Assembly: GCF_030144855.1 (NCBI RefSeq)
Contig: NC_082719.1
Coordinates: 31,434,001-31,498,000, forward strand
Reading direction: 5' to 3'
DNA from: Hypanus sabinus
Lineage: Eukaryota
Length of the DNA: 64,000 bases
Notes under the pieces: generated by a model
What the model was told of the DNA's origin: nothing
Databases searched by the model: none
Seen by the model: the letters and a program-made list of their open reading frames with translations, nothing else
Shown: in pieces, positions 1 to 12,190 of the stretch
Layout: every line of letters starts with the position of its first letter
Position numbering within the stretch: position 1 is the first letter of the stretch
Position numbers and translations under genes: made by a program

Positions 1-664
1 TTAAAGATTCTTACATCGATAGATCTTTCACCTCCATGCCTGGAGATAGAAAGAATGTCATCAGTTGTCAGCGATAGCATGAAATAGGGTCATAGCAAAC
101 CATCTGCAAAATTTATGCCATGCTTACTTCCTGCGATGCACAGATGTATAATGTAACTAAACCTTTCTCACAATTCACTGATAGCCCAATGTCTTAAATC
201 AATGTTTTTGGGCTCCACCTTCAGCCCAATTGTTGTAGATAGCAGTTCAATTTCTATTTGTATTAATCTAAAAGTGGTGCATTAAATACCCATGACACAG
301 GCCAATGGGATAAAATACTGATATTGTTTCTGTTGAATATTCAGGGTGGGCATATTTGCTTGTAACAGTAACAAAAGGTACCTCTAAAAAGAAATGTACA
401 TAAGTTTTACTCCCACTACAGATGCTGCCTACTTTTCAATATTGCTTTTTATTACTTCTCTTACAAATCTTGAAAAGAACTCTCTAAGAAGGGGATACCA
501 AAAATCTGGATCTCAAAGGAAATAAGTTAATAAATTGACTGAGATCAATAAACTTTGCAGTTCGACATAGGAAAGGTCTTTGGAGGATTTTGTTAGAAGC
601 CATTACCAGTTGATTCTTTCTAGCTCCCACCTTTGGAGCCAGAATGAAGCCAGACCACAGACAT

Positions 665-990
665 TTTCAGCATTGAGCACAGCTACAAGGGGTGCTGCCA
701 CAGAAAAGCAGCAGCCATATAACCAACATAGATAACTTCATTCACCACTACACGGATCTGATGCAATGATCGACAGACTCACTGTTTAGAATTCTTTACA
801 ACTCATATTCACTGTAATATTTTTATTTGCACAGATTGTCTTCTTTTGCACATCAGTTGTTTGTCAGCTTTGCAACTGTGTAGTTTTTTTGTAAAACTCT
901 ATTGCATTTTTTCCGTGTAAATGCCCACATGAAGTTGAATCCACTAGTAACATATACACACTTTGATAATAAATCTACTTTGAACTTTGA
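665..990 (+). mobile_element. Rex/Babar-type LINE 3' fragment (ORF2 end + 3' UTR)
   Basis: Degenerate 'CCHRKAAA' ORF2-end motif followed by a 3' UTR ending GATAATAAATCTACTTTGAACTTTGAA; a similar tail occurs at ~62780-62955. Confidence 0.6.
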
Positions 991-1497
991 AATTTCAGAC
1001 AATAGAAGTTGCTACCCCTCATCTTCCTCTAAGCAGGATAACTGCTCTTTCAAAGTGGAGACAATCCCAGGTTACATAAAGGGTCGGAGAACTCTAAGTA
1101 ACACAAAGTTTCCATAATTTGGAAATGCGGTTTGCTGAGATTGCAAGCATTGTATTATTAAGTTTATTAGCTACAGGTTAGTACATATAATTAGTTAATT
1201 TTAGAATTAGATAATTAGTACAGATGTACCCTACAGATTCAAGAGGGACCTGGAACTCACTAGCCTGAAATAGTGACTATCAACACATTTATCATGTGCT
1301 TGTCTATGTATCTGAGACATCAAGACTATGATTATTGTACTGGTATGAGATAATGCAAGGCAGCCTTTTTTTTTGATAAGCAAAGAAACAAGAGGGGTAA
1401 AACACTGTCACGAAGCGGGTGATGCCCAAGAGGAATCTGCATGTTTTCTCAGTGACTGTATGGGTTTTCCAAATGTGCTTTCCTTCCACATAAGACC

Positions 1498-1723
1498 TGT
1501 GGTGAACTACATATACCTGTGTGGACACCCGCCCCCCCCCCCCCCCCCGCTGACTGCTCCTGTGGCTCCTCCCACAGACCCCGGTATAAAGGTGATTGAG
1601 GCCTGAGCCCTGCCCTCAGTCTCCAGGATGTAGCATGGTGGTCAATTGCTGCTTGTTCTTTCTTCCAGTCAATAAAAACCTATATCTTGCCTCACATCTC
1701 GGAGAGTTATTGATGGTGCATCA
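1498..1723 (+). mobile_element. Solo LTR (226 bp) of an LTR retrotransposon
   Basis: Begins TG, ends CA; perfect 5-bp TSD AGACC (1493-1497 / 1724-1728); TATAAA at 1585-1590; AATAAA at 1671-1676. Inserted into a minus-strand CR1 tail. Superfamily cannot be determined from the LTR alone. Confidence 0.85.
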
Positions 1724-1855
1724 AGACCATAAGATATAGGAGCAGAATTAGATGTTTTGGCCCATTGAGTCTGCTCAGCTATTTCATAATGGCTGATCCA
1801 ATTCTCCTCTCAGCCCAATTCTCTTGCCTTCTTTCCACCTCCTTCATGCCCTGAC
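1724..1855 (-). mobile_element. CR1 LINE 3' terminal fragment
   Basis: Reverse complement ends ...TCTGCTCCTATATCTTATGGTCT, the same tail type as the CR1s ending at 30272 and 59336; the last bases lie left of the LTR (~1488-1497). Confidence 0.75.
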
Positions 1856-2099
1856 AAAGCTTGCTACTACCATTGGGCAAGAGGTACAAGAGTTTTATGT
1901 CTCACGGCACCAGGTTCAGGAACTGTTATTATTCTGCAGTACAAAAGCTTCAGTCCTGTATTCACCACTTTTGATTTTGTCCATCTTTTATATTGCAACT
2001 CGTCCTGTTGACTGCAATTTTGCCCTGTCAACAGCCGCACTGCGTATCCTCACTATACATTGCCTCTGTTTGCAAACCAGCTACTTCATCTTCAGCTCT

Positions 2100-2605
2100 A
2101 CTATCCTCCTTTCCTACGATACTTCTTGCATTGAAACCTGCACAGCTCAGCACACGAATCACACCCATGCTCAACCTATTGATTCCTGACTTTGTCTGAG
2201 GTCTTACCAACATCTGCCTCCACAACCTCTCTACTAACTCTTCTGGCACTCTGGTTCCCATCCCTCTGCCATGCAGCATCAACAAACCTTCCCCCTAGGG
2301 TATTAGACCCCTCCATTTCAGGTGCAAACCACCCCTTCTGTACAGGTCCCACAATCCCTGGAAGAGAAGTTACTGATCCAAAATTCTTATGCCCTCCCTC
2401 CTACACCAACTCCTTAGCCACATATTAAACTGTATAATCTTCCTAGTTCTGGCCTCACTAGCACTTGGCACAGGTAGCAATCCAGAGATCACAACCTGGA
2501 TGTCCTGCCCTTTAACTTAGCACCTAACTCCCTGAACTCCCCATGCAGAACCTCATCTCTCGTCCTACCCATGTAATTGGTACCTGCATTGGCCATGACT
2601 TTTGG
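2100..2605 (-). mobile_element. CR1 LINE ORF1 (SGNH esterase) / ORF2 start fragment
   Basis: Minus-strand translation gives 'AGTNYMGR...ISGLLPVP...WDLYRRGGLHL' (esterase-type ORF1) and 'LSCAGFNARSIVGK' (start of the AP-endonuclease). Confidence 0.75.
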
Positions 2606-2847
2606 CAGTTCACATCTCCATGAATTGCTGATTAATAGGAATTGGCTTCTGAATGTTACCCCTAGTATAGGTGAGTGGTAGGAGAACTGGGGAAAGAGAA
2701 GTTATGTGTCAGGGAAGAGGTCACAGGGAAAGAAGTTAGGGAATGTGCCTAGAAAGGATCCTCTGAGACTTGGCACAGACTTTATGGGTCAGATGGCCCC
2801 CTTTACTTTCATAAGAAAATATGAAAATGGACATCTTCTGTGTTGAG

Positions 2848-3553
2848 CAAACACAAGGAAATCTGCAGATGCTAGAAATTCAAACAACAACACACACAAA
2901 ATGCTGGTGGAACGCAGCAGGCCAGGCAGCACCTATAGGGAGAAGCACTGTCGACGTTTCAGGCCGAGACCCTTCGTCAGTGTAGATTCACAAGGTTAAT
3001 TCCTGGGATGTCCGGACTGTCTTATGCAGAGAGGTTGAATTACGCTGGAATTAAGGAGATTGAGAGGGGATCTGATTGCAACATATAAGATTATTAAGGG
3101 ATTGGACAAGATAGAGGCAGGAAATATGTTCCAGATGCCGGGAGAGTCCAGTACCAGAGGGCATGGTTTGAGAATAAGGGGTAGGTCATTTAGGACAGAG
3201 TTAAGGAAAAATTTCTTCTCCCAGAGAGTTGTGGGGGTCTAGAATGCACTGCCTCGGAAGGCAGTGGAGGCCAATTCTCTGGATGCTTTCAAGAAGGAGC
3301 TAGATAGGTATCTTATGGATAGGGGAATCAAGGGATATGGGGACAAGGCAGGAACCAGGTATTGATGGTAGATGATCAGCCATGATCTCAGAATGGCGGT
3401 GCAGGCTCGAAGGGCCAAATGGTCTACTTCTGCACCTATTGTCTATTGTCTGTTGTCTATTGTCAGGACGGGTCTTGGCCCGAAACGTCAACAGCGCTTC
3501 TCCCTATAGATGCGGCCTGGCCTGCTGTGTTCCACCAGCATTTTGTGTCTGTT
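2848..3553. mobile_element. Fold-back Penelope-like (PLE) terminal-repeat insertion interrupted by a CR1
   Basis: Arms 2848-2980 (-) and 3462-3553 (+) are inverted copies of the PLE 3' repeat; 15-bp TSD ATCTTCTGTGTTGAG (2833-2847) / ATCTTCTGTTTTAAG (3554-3568). Confidence 0.85.
2981..3461 (+). mobile_element. CR1 LINE 3' fragment
   Basis: 'MRGDLIATYKIIKGLDK...TRGHGLRIRG...FFSQRVV' CR1 ORF2 C-terminus; (CTATTGT)n tail; GTCAG duplicated at 2976-2980 / 3462-3466. Confidence 0.9.
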
Positions 3554-3825
3554 ATCTTCTGTTTTAAGAACACCTAAGAATTTGGAAAAATCTTTCATGA
3601 CATTTTCAGTTTAGTTTTAAACTGTAAGACAGAGTGTTAGTTGAAGTTCTGAGTGGAGGGTTGTGCTGAAGTTAGAGTCTACAGGGAAATAAATAAAATT
3701 CAGTTAGTGAAGGATTGTTGATGCACTCAGATCAAGTGAATCCATAAATTGAATCTATAAAGTATGTTGTTTCACCTGAATTATGTCCAATGTATGGTCT
3801 TCTATTATTGATTTTTCTTTGCCAG

Positions 3826-3946
3826 ATACTTCTTGCCACCAGAAGAGGTTGAACGCCAGGCCCAAAATCTCAGGAAACAATTTGCTAATGAAATATTGCC
3901 AACAGGGCACTTAAGAGCCATTATTGATCATCAGCCTGTGCACTAA
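3826..3946 (+). CDS. Candidate terminal coding exon of an unidentified host gene (YFLPPEEVERQAQNLRKQFANEILPTGHLRAIIDHQPVH*)
   Basis: Acceptor ATTTTTCTTTGCCAG ending at 3825; open frame of 39 protein-like codons to TAA at 3944-3946; AATAAA at 4037-4042; non-repetitive context. Product not recognised. Confidence 0.4.
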
Positions 3947-4927
3947 TTCACAAGGAGGGCAGGATTGATATTAACTCCACGTGCTGCATAAATATGGAAT
4001 CCAAATGCAGAGAAAGGTTGAAATAGAACTTGTAATAATAAACAAAATATATAAGACGAAAGATAAATTATTCCCTCAGTTAACTTGTATTGGTCTCAAC
4101 TGAAGTGCCACTGTTCATGGCTGTGTCTGCTCTATTGATTAGCTAAGGAAAGAAAATGCACTCTAAGTGCTTTGAACTGCCACTTAGTACAACTATTTAA
4201 CATTCTGCTCCATTAAGCAATCAATCAATACTAAATGCTTTGACCAGCTATTTAGAAACATTTGCACATACCTACAATTCTAACAATGAAGGAATAATGT
4301 TCCAAGATTAAAAAATTAAATGTAAGTTCATTTTATAGCAGCATATATTATTTGGCAATCTTCAACAAAAGAAAACAATTATCATTACCGCCTTTTTTTA
4401 AAAGGATATCACAAGTCCACTTAGAACTACAAAATGGCACTGTGGGATTTACGTGACTTTTTGGGGCAGCTCATGACAACACTTTATACATCAAGTTTTA
4501 GAACATTTGAGGAATGCCCCTCCAGTGTGCATATAGTAGACAAACCACCAGACAATCGATGTGCAATCTGGATGTGACGCTGGTGCTGCTAGATGCTTAG
4601 AGTGCCATTTAACACTCGTTCTTAACCCAACTTCATTTAACACCATTTCACCATTTGGAAAGACTTCCTATCTGCACTATTTAAAGGAACTTCGAGGTTA
4701 GTTGATTGAATACTTCAGGTTGCTGATAAGGTTTCAGGAATTTGGTCACTTCTACGCATGCTTCAAATTACAAAAGTGTGTCTAGCACTACATACCAAAT
4801 TTGTCCTAGACTCATAGATATCAAAGTGCATTGGATTATAGATACAAAATTAACAACTGACCAAATAATAACTTCTGCTTGTGGAAGAGTTCAAGTATAT
4901 TTCAGTTCCACTGCAGAAATGCAATAT

Positions 4928-5729
4928 CTACACATTCATCGTCCCCCTTACCTCCATTCAGGGCCCCCAACAGTTCTTCCAGGTGTGGAAACCCTTCACC
5001 TGCAAATCTGCTTGGATCACCCACTGCATCTGGTGTTCCCAGTGCGCCTTCTCTACCTTGGTGGGACTCCATGCAAACTGGAGGACTGCTTAACAAAGCA
5101 TTCCTACAATTTATATGGGGTCCCACCAAGGTACAGAAGACCATATCGGGAGCACTGGATATAGTAGATGATCGCAGCAGATTTGCAGGTGAAGTGTTTT
5201 CACATCTCTGTTCCATCTGCAAAAAGCAGAATTTCTCTTTCTTCAGCCATTTTAATTCTTATTCTCATTCCCATTCTGACATGTTGGTACATGGCCTTCT
5301 CCTCTGCTACAATGCCACTCTCAGAATGAAGGAGCAACACCTGATATTCTGTCTAGGAAGCCTGATGGCATGAACATTGATCTCTCCTTCCCATTTGTTT
5401 TACTCTCCCCCTCTTTTTTCTTCTATTCCTTACTCTGGCCTCTTACCTCTTCTACTCATCTGCCTATCACCACCCCCGGTGCCTCTTCTACTTCACTTTC
5501 TCCCATGGTCCACTCTTCTCTCCTATCAGATTCCATTTCCCTCTGCCCTTTATCCTTCCCATCCACCCGGCTTCAACTGTCACCTTCCAGCTGGCCTCCT
5601 TCTCTGCCGCCCACCTTTTTATCCTTTCCAACCCTGAAGAAGGGTCTCAGTCTGAAACCTCGACAGTTTATTAATTTCCATAGATGCTGCCTCACCTGCT
5701 GAATTCCTCCAGCATCGTGTACGTGTGTT
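4928..5729 (+). mobile_element. Penelope-like element 3' part (GIY-YIG remnant + terminal repeat)
   Basis: 'LTSIQGPQQFFQV..PFTCKSA..HCIWCSQC' and 'HFNSYSHSHSDMLVHGLL...EQHLIFCLGSL'; pyrimidine-rich UTR; degenerate hammerhead motif at 5634-5664. Confidence 0.85.
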
Positions 5730-7119
5730 TATGATTAAATCTCAACCAATGCACAGAAAGGATTAGTTGTTAATTTGCCAAAACGACACATCTGCTAGCC
5801 CACTGTAACTCTTGACTACCTTAGAGTGACCACACTATGTGCCACTTATGCTCTAATTTCTATCTAGACTATCTACAATATAACAACTTAAAATCTTGAA
5901 ATTTTTTTTTCAATGGGCATCTTCATTTTGTTAAATACCACAGAAATATTTTTCCAAATGGAACTGCAAAAGGTAAGACATATATAATTTGTATTTTATT
6001 TATTATTTATCCTTTCCCCAGAAATACTTCTAGATACAATACCTAATAACCATTTCCTCTTTCACATCGTTTTTGCAGTTAAAGGCGATCTAACAAATTG
6101 TCATGAAAACTATCTGAGGGGCATTCTGTTTAAACTAAAGTGGCAACTGACTCAGAGCAAAACTTTCCACCAACTGGGAATTCTTGATGTGCTGAGAGTC
6201 AGGTTTACTTGGTACCACCATTTAGGTGTCAATACTTAGTGCACTGATTTTAAACCATGTCCCATTTTCATAAACTGGGGAAATAATTGGTAAAATTCAT
6301 TTAAGTAAATGCCATAAATTGAGTAAGATTTTCAACAGTTTAAGAGCATCTTCCTTTAATTCTGGTTCTAAATAATGAAAGAACAAAATGTTTTAAACCC
6401 ATTGGAATGCTGTCACACTGTCAGGTGCTTCAATTATCATAAACCATGAGAACATAATGAACTTTATTAGAACCCTGACATGGTTCATTTCAACTCTATT
6501 ACATTTTATTGAAAGTGTCAACTAAAATGGTTTCTTTATATTAGCTAATTTCTAGAATTAATCAGCATGCCAAAATAAAATGGGTAACATTTAATTATTT
6601 CCAGATAGATTTTTACTTCTTTCAATGAGAACAATCAACTGAAAAGAGTAAGTTTCCCTCCATGAGTACACTTCTAAAGCAGTAATGAACTGGAAACTGT
6701 GGGCTTTGGCAGAGATCACTGGTGGAAGTATTGTCCTAAAACAAACCCAACACTTGGAAGCTGTGATTGACCACGGCCATGGCTTCCACGTGCAAAGCTT
6801 ACCAGACACATAAGATTGTATTTGAATTTGTAGAAGGTCACAGGTCTCAGTAAAGACAAAGAAAGTTGCCTGAACGTTGGTTATTTAGATTGTATGGCTC
6901 CGGGGGAACAGGGTTAGTAAAACATGAAATGAAAATAGAAAATGCTGCAAAAACTCACCTGGGGAGTATCTATGGAAGAGAAATATTTCAATGAAAACTC
7001 ATGGAGCTGAAACAATAATTGTGTAGGGAGAATGCCAAAGATTTAAGATCTAATTTGGATTATCCAGTGTGGAGGATCAAAAGAGGTAGCAGAGAGGTGA
7101 CAGAGATTTATCCAGCACC

Positions 7120-7410
7120 ACCAAATTTACAACATCCCCACCATCCAGAATATCTTCAAAGGACAATGGATCAAGACGGTGGCAACCATCATTAAGGCCC
7201 CTCATTATCTGGGACACACCCTTTTCTTATTACTACCTTTGGAGTGGAGGTACAGCAGCCTGAATTCTATACTCAGTATTTTAGAAACAGCTTTTTTTCC
7301 TCTGCCATCAGAATTCTCAATGGTCCATGAACCCATGAACTCTACCTTGCTATACCACATTTGCACTCTTTTTGCTTTTAATAGTAAATCTTATAGTAAT
7401 TGCATCATAT
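7120..7410 (+). mobile_element. Rex/Babar LINE 3' fragment
   Basis: 'ATIIKAPHYLGHTLFLLLPLEWRYSSL', matching the IIKDPxHPGHxLFxLLPSGRRYRSL motif seen in other copies here. Confidence 0.7.
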
Positions 7411-9104
7411 TATGGTGACCCTTGATCCAGTTATAATGTCTAAAAGAGTATGGGGTGTTAATAAAATGATTTAAGAGTTACTTTAATGTTTTGCAATTCT
7501 CTTTTAAAAAGCCTTCATGTTATTTAACTGAACTGTGTTCCTGACATTTTTTTTCCTTTCTCCATTTCCTTTAACACCTTTATCATTTTGTTTCAAAAGA
7601 AACTGCCTCATTTGGACCAGAACTCTTTGGTTTTCTAATGCAGTTTTCTTGACTGATTTACCAGAGCTATGTCCCAATTGAAATCACTGAAAATTGCTCT
7701 TCTTTAGTTGAGCATTGTTACCTTAAAAATACTTTCAGTCCTTTTGATAAATATATTACACAAATTTTATGGAGTCATTGTTAGATGATATTTTTCAATA
7801 AAGCAGTCCAATTATCAATATTCATTGCCCAGGACCAAATCCAACATTGTTGTCTTTCAAATTGGATTGAAAATATACTAGTCAAGAGAGTTTGTCTGTA
7901 CTACAGCAGAAACTCTGCTTCATTCTATACTTGGCCTCAATTTCTCAGACTGTGTTGGGGTCATTGAAGTCTTTAAGCAAATTTTTCCTATTTGTTACAA
8001 CAAGTTGAAATAAGCCAACAAGTGTTTCTGATTTATTTCATTTCACCTCTCATAGCTCTATTAAAATATGGTACCAATAATGTAACATCAATTCCTCTAT
8101 TCTTATACTAAACTGAAACAAATTTAGTCCAAAAACCATTTTGTTTATTTATTCCATTTGGAACCATTACACAATATTTGGTCCCATTTCTCATTTTCCT
8201 CTTCCATCATTTCCAAACATTTTCTAATCCTAGCTGTATGTGTCTGTTTAGCATGATTCTCATCTGTTCATCTGAATCTGGTTGGGCTCACAGAACTACA
8301 AACATAATAAAAAGAATATTAGCTTTGGATGCAATCTTGGTTGTGTGTCATAATCAAGGACAGCAGATCTCCATGGAAAGGCCTATGTTGTCCTTCAGTG
8401 GGGGGAGAGCACGCACCTCCCCACACCACAAGAACTGAAGCTATGCGTTTGAGCCACTCCTTGTTCTGCCACTCTTCTGATCTTATGGGAAACACCCTCC
8501 AGTTATTTTAGTCCTATCCTCCATTGCACTGAGGCACTAATCCTGTCATTACAACCTAATACGTACACACAAAGAGTAGTGCCAGCCTTGCAGTGTCTTT
8601 TCCCCCTCTCAGTATAGGAAGTGAAAATTAAGAACACTCTAAATCCTGGAAGCATCTAATCAGAGAAGTAACTTAGATAAATTTAATGATCCATTTACCC
8701 AATTTCATCTGGACTGCCAGGTATAAATTATGGTCAGAATTTTCAGTCTTGCAGTTAACATTAAGAGAATGCAGATTTTTTGTCAATATCTTGTCTAAGG
8801 GCTCTGCTTAAAAAAAAAGTACTTTCTGTTCCAATTATCTTTTATTCATGGTAGTAAAGTATGGTCTACTACTGTATCCATTTTATTTCTAAGTACACAG
8901 CAACCTAGGGAATATAGATGAAAGACAAACCCATTTTCTTGTTTTATCTTCATAGTTTGCAATCAGATTTGTGAAATAGCAAGGGACTCACAATTAAATA
9001 ACCCTTGACTAGAACTGCAATGCAGTACTGTTTATTCAGCAACTATCACCTAGAAGAAAATTCACAAAGTGCTTCAGAGCAACATGAAGAAAGTATATAT
9101 ACTG

Positions 9105-10012
9105 AAGATGACGGCGCGATGCAGTCTGCAGCGGCCTCTCCGGAGTTGATATCTGTTATTTGTCAAGCAGAGTGCCGTACACAATCCTAATCTGATGAAA
9201 AACAGACGTGGGAGCACGGAGGAACATCGGGAAATCTCCAGGAAGACCTTCTTCGTTGCTGCTGCTGCTGTGAGGCCCGGGACTCTGCTGGGAAGAACAG
9301 GCCCCCAGTCCTCAGGGTCGCGTTGCCAGTGGTTGGTGGCGGGGGCGTCTTAATATGCTCGGCAGAGGATGGTGCTCAGAGAAGCTGTGCCGGAGGGGAT
9401 GGTCAGAGGCTCAGAGGTTCGACGGACTCGGAGTCCGCTGCGGTCAGGTCGCTTTCAGTCTGCAAGGCTGCGGTTGACGGAGCTTTCATCATGTGCTGCA
9501 TCTTCGAGGCTGAGTCGGGCGGCGCCATGGAAGTCCATAGCGGGGGTATTCCCTTCTGCGACTGGTGTGGGATGACCAGTCTATCAGGACACTGAGGACT
9601 TGTGGAAACTGTGTGGTGGTTTCTTTCGAACTTGTAGTCTTTTTACATCTTTGGACTATTTTTACCGTGTCCATGGTCTGTTTTTTAAAATCAAATTATG
9701 GTATTGTTTGCACTGTTGTAACTATAAGTTGTAACTATGTGGTTTTGTGCAAGTCTTGTAGCTTTAGTTTTTGGTCTTGTTTGTCTGGTGGGTTTGGAGC
9801 TCCTTTCCAGGGAACGTGCTAAGATGGTAGCGTGATATTAATATGCAGCAGCCTCTCTGGACTCTGGAATGGGGATTGCCAAACATTATGTGGATTTTCT
9901 GGTGTAGTCTATTTTGTCATGTGCTTTGTTGATATCATTCAGGAGGAATGTTGTCTCATTTTTTAACTGTATTGCATTAGTGGTTTTTAAATGACAATAA
10001 ACTGAATCTGAA
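9105..10012 (+). mobile_element. Non-autonomous (bipartite) LINE-dependent element with CpG-rich head and Rex-type tail
   Basis: Starts AAGATGACGGCG; GC/CpG-rich 5' half; ends ATGACAATAAACTGAATCTGAA, a tail resembling the Rex copy at 17975-18045; CTGAAG at both ends (9102-9107 / 10008-10013); no RT coding remnant seen. Confidence 0.65.
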
Positions 10013-11058
10013 GTAGCAATCAATGCATAGCAGATGAGATTACCCAAAATAATCAGAAGTTTGGTGGATTCTACTTGTAGAAGTGCACAATCTTCTCTAG
10101 GAAGGCTTCTGCCACATTGTGACTTTTGATTGCAGAAACACAGGAACAGGAGTTGAATATTTAGTATCTTGAAACCCTTCCATAATTAATGAAGTTAGGA
10201 AAAATAGTTTCACACAGAGAATAGTTAGTTATAGGTGGAGACAAGATGTCAAGAATCTCGACATGCTCTGGGAAGACTCTGACTATAAAGAGATGCTGAG
10301 AACCATGAACAAAGAGACACAGTGAAGAAACATCAGTATCAGTGTGAGGACAGAGTTCTTCTGACACAACCCTGTGGAATATAACAACGTAAATTATTCC
10401 ACAATGAATCATCCAAAGAGTAGGATGTATTAGTGAGGATGCTTTGGGAACTGTCTTTCTGTGGAAGGGACAGTCTGATGGAATGCCAACCACAGTCACC
10501 CTTACAATTGAAGAATTCTGTGGTCTGATGAGAAAACAAATGCATCTTGTTTATTCCATTCTGAGATGCCAGTTATGATGGATGAGCAAACGTGATGGGG
10601 CCCAGGTTCAAGGATGGAAAAGGAAACAACATAACAGGTGCATCCTGTTTATAATGAATGGGTGACCTCAGAGTCATGAAAGTCCTGAGCAAGGTTATGT
10701 TACTGAATCTTCTAGAAAATCAAAAGAGACCATATAAAGGAAGTACCATCAAGGAGGTTGGTAGTGACACTCTGGGGACATCTATTGCAGAAGGAAAACC
10801 CTGAGTCTGGAGAAGAATACAACACTCTTGGAGTGAGCTTGACCAGTTGAGGTCACACGGATAGTATTCAAGTCCAAGCCAGGAGCCCTGTAGTTTAGAA
10901 TAAGAAGTGATGAGATAGAACAGTAAATCAAATATTAAGTTATTAGAAGGCAGTGGTAAACATACATTCTTAAGTAACTTCTGAGATAATAAAGATTATC
11001 TTGAACAAGATCTTGGCTTAGACTCTCTTTGTATAATACATTAGTTGATACCCTACAG

Positions 11059-11138
11059 CAGCGGTTCCCAACCTGGGGTCCACAGACCCCTCGGTTAATA
11101 GTGGGGGTCCATGACATAAATAAAGTTAGGAGCCCCTA
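11059..11138. mobile_element. hAT-type MITE (80 bp)
   Basis: TIR CAGCGGTTCCCAACC...GTTAGGAGCCCCTA; 8-bp flanks CCCTACAG / CCCTATCG; a second copy lies in reverse at 61289-61368. Confidence 0.7.
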
Positions 11139-11147
11139 CCCTATCGA

Positions 11148-11850
11148 GATCATACAGTCATAGAACGTAGAACAGTGAAGCTCAGAAAAGGGCCATTTGA
11201 CACTATGTTGTACCAAACAAATTATTTTAAGTAATTTCCTAAATAAACTAATCCCTTCTAAGTATACAATGTCCATATTCCTCCACTTCCTGCACTTTCA
11301 TGTGCCTATCTAAGAGCCTCTTGAATGCCTCTGTCATATTTGCCTCCATCACCATTCTTGGCAATGATCTCCAGTTGCCCATTCTCTGTATAAAAACTTC
11401 TTGCCCCGCACATACTGCTTTGAACTTACCTCCCTCCCACCTTAAATGCATGCCCTTCGGTATTAGAAATTTCAACACTAAGGAAAGATACTATTGTCAA
11501 TCTATGCCTCTTATAATCTGATGATCCTCTATCAGATCTTTCCTAGCCTCCACCACTCCAGAGGAAACACAATGTTTGTCCAACCTCTCCTTACAGCACA
11601 TGCCCACTGATCCAGGCAGAATCCTAGCAAACCCTTTCTTCATCCTCTGCAAAGTTTCTCATAGTGGGGTGGCCAGAAATTAATGCAATACTCCAAATCT
11701 GGTCCAACTTAAGTTTTTATAAAGTTGCAACTTAACCTCCCAACTCTTCAACTCAATTCTTCGACTAATGAAGGCATGTTTTCCATATACCTTTTTAAAT
11801 CCCCTATCAACCCATGTAGCCATTTTCATGGAAGTACGAACTTGGACCCC
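11148..11850 (-). mobile_element. CR1 LINE 3' fragment
   Basis: 'WRSLPRMVMEANMTEAFKRLLDRHM' CR1 C-terminus plus tail. Confidence 0.8.
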
Positions 11851-12082
11851 AAGGAAAATGGAAAGATATGGATAACATGTAGGCAGTTGGCAATAGTTTA
11901 GTTGACCATTTGATCACTAATTTAATTGGTTCAGCACAATATTGTGGTCCGAAGGGCCTGTTCTTGTGCTGTGCTTTTCCAAGTTCTTTGTTCTGGCATC
12001 TTCGAGGCAACAACCAATTCTGCAATTTCTTTCAAAGCTGCAGAATCTCCTGTTTGACCCATAACCGTGAGGTCACATATCA

Positions 12083-12190
12083 CAAACATGAGAAAGTCTA
12101 TAGATGCTGGAAATCTGAAGAAACACACACAAGATGTTGGAGGAACTCAGCAGGGAGAGCCAAAGTTTCGAGCCAAGATCCTTCTTCAGG
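12083..12190 (-). mobile_element. PLE terminal-repeat fragment ending at a hammerhead core
   Basis: AAACATGAGAAAGTCTATAGATGCTGG... end; minus strand reads CTGAAGA-AGGATCTTGGCTC-GAAAC at 12165-12189. Confidence 0.7.

Noticed and set aside
10100-10900. Possible decayed Gypsy integrase or processed pseudogene
   Set aside because: Only a vague 'YQCEDRVLL' resemblance; insufficient support.
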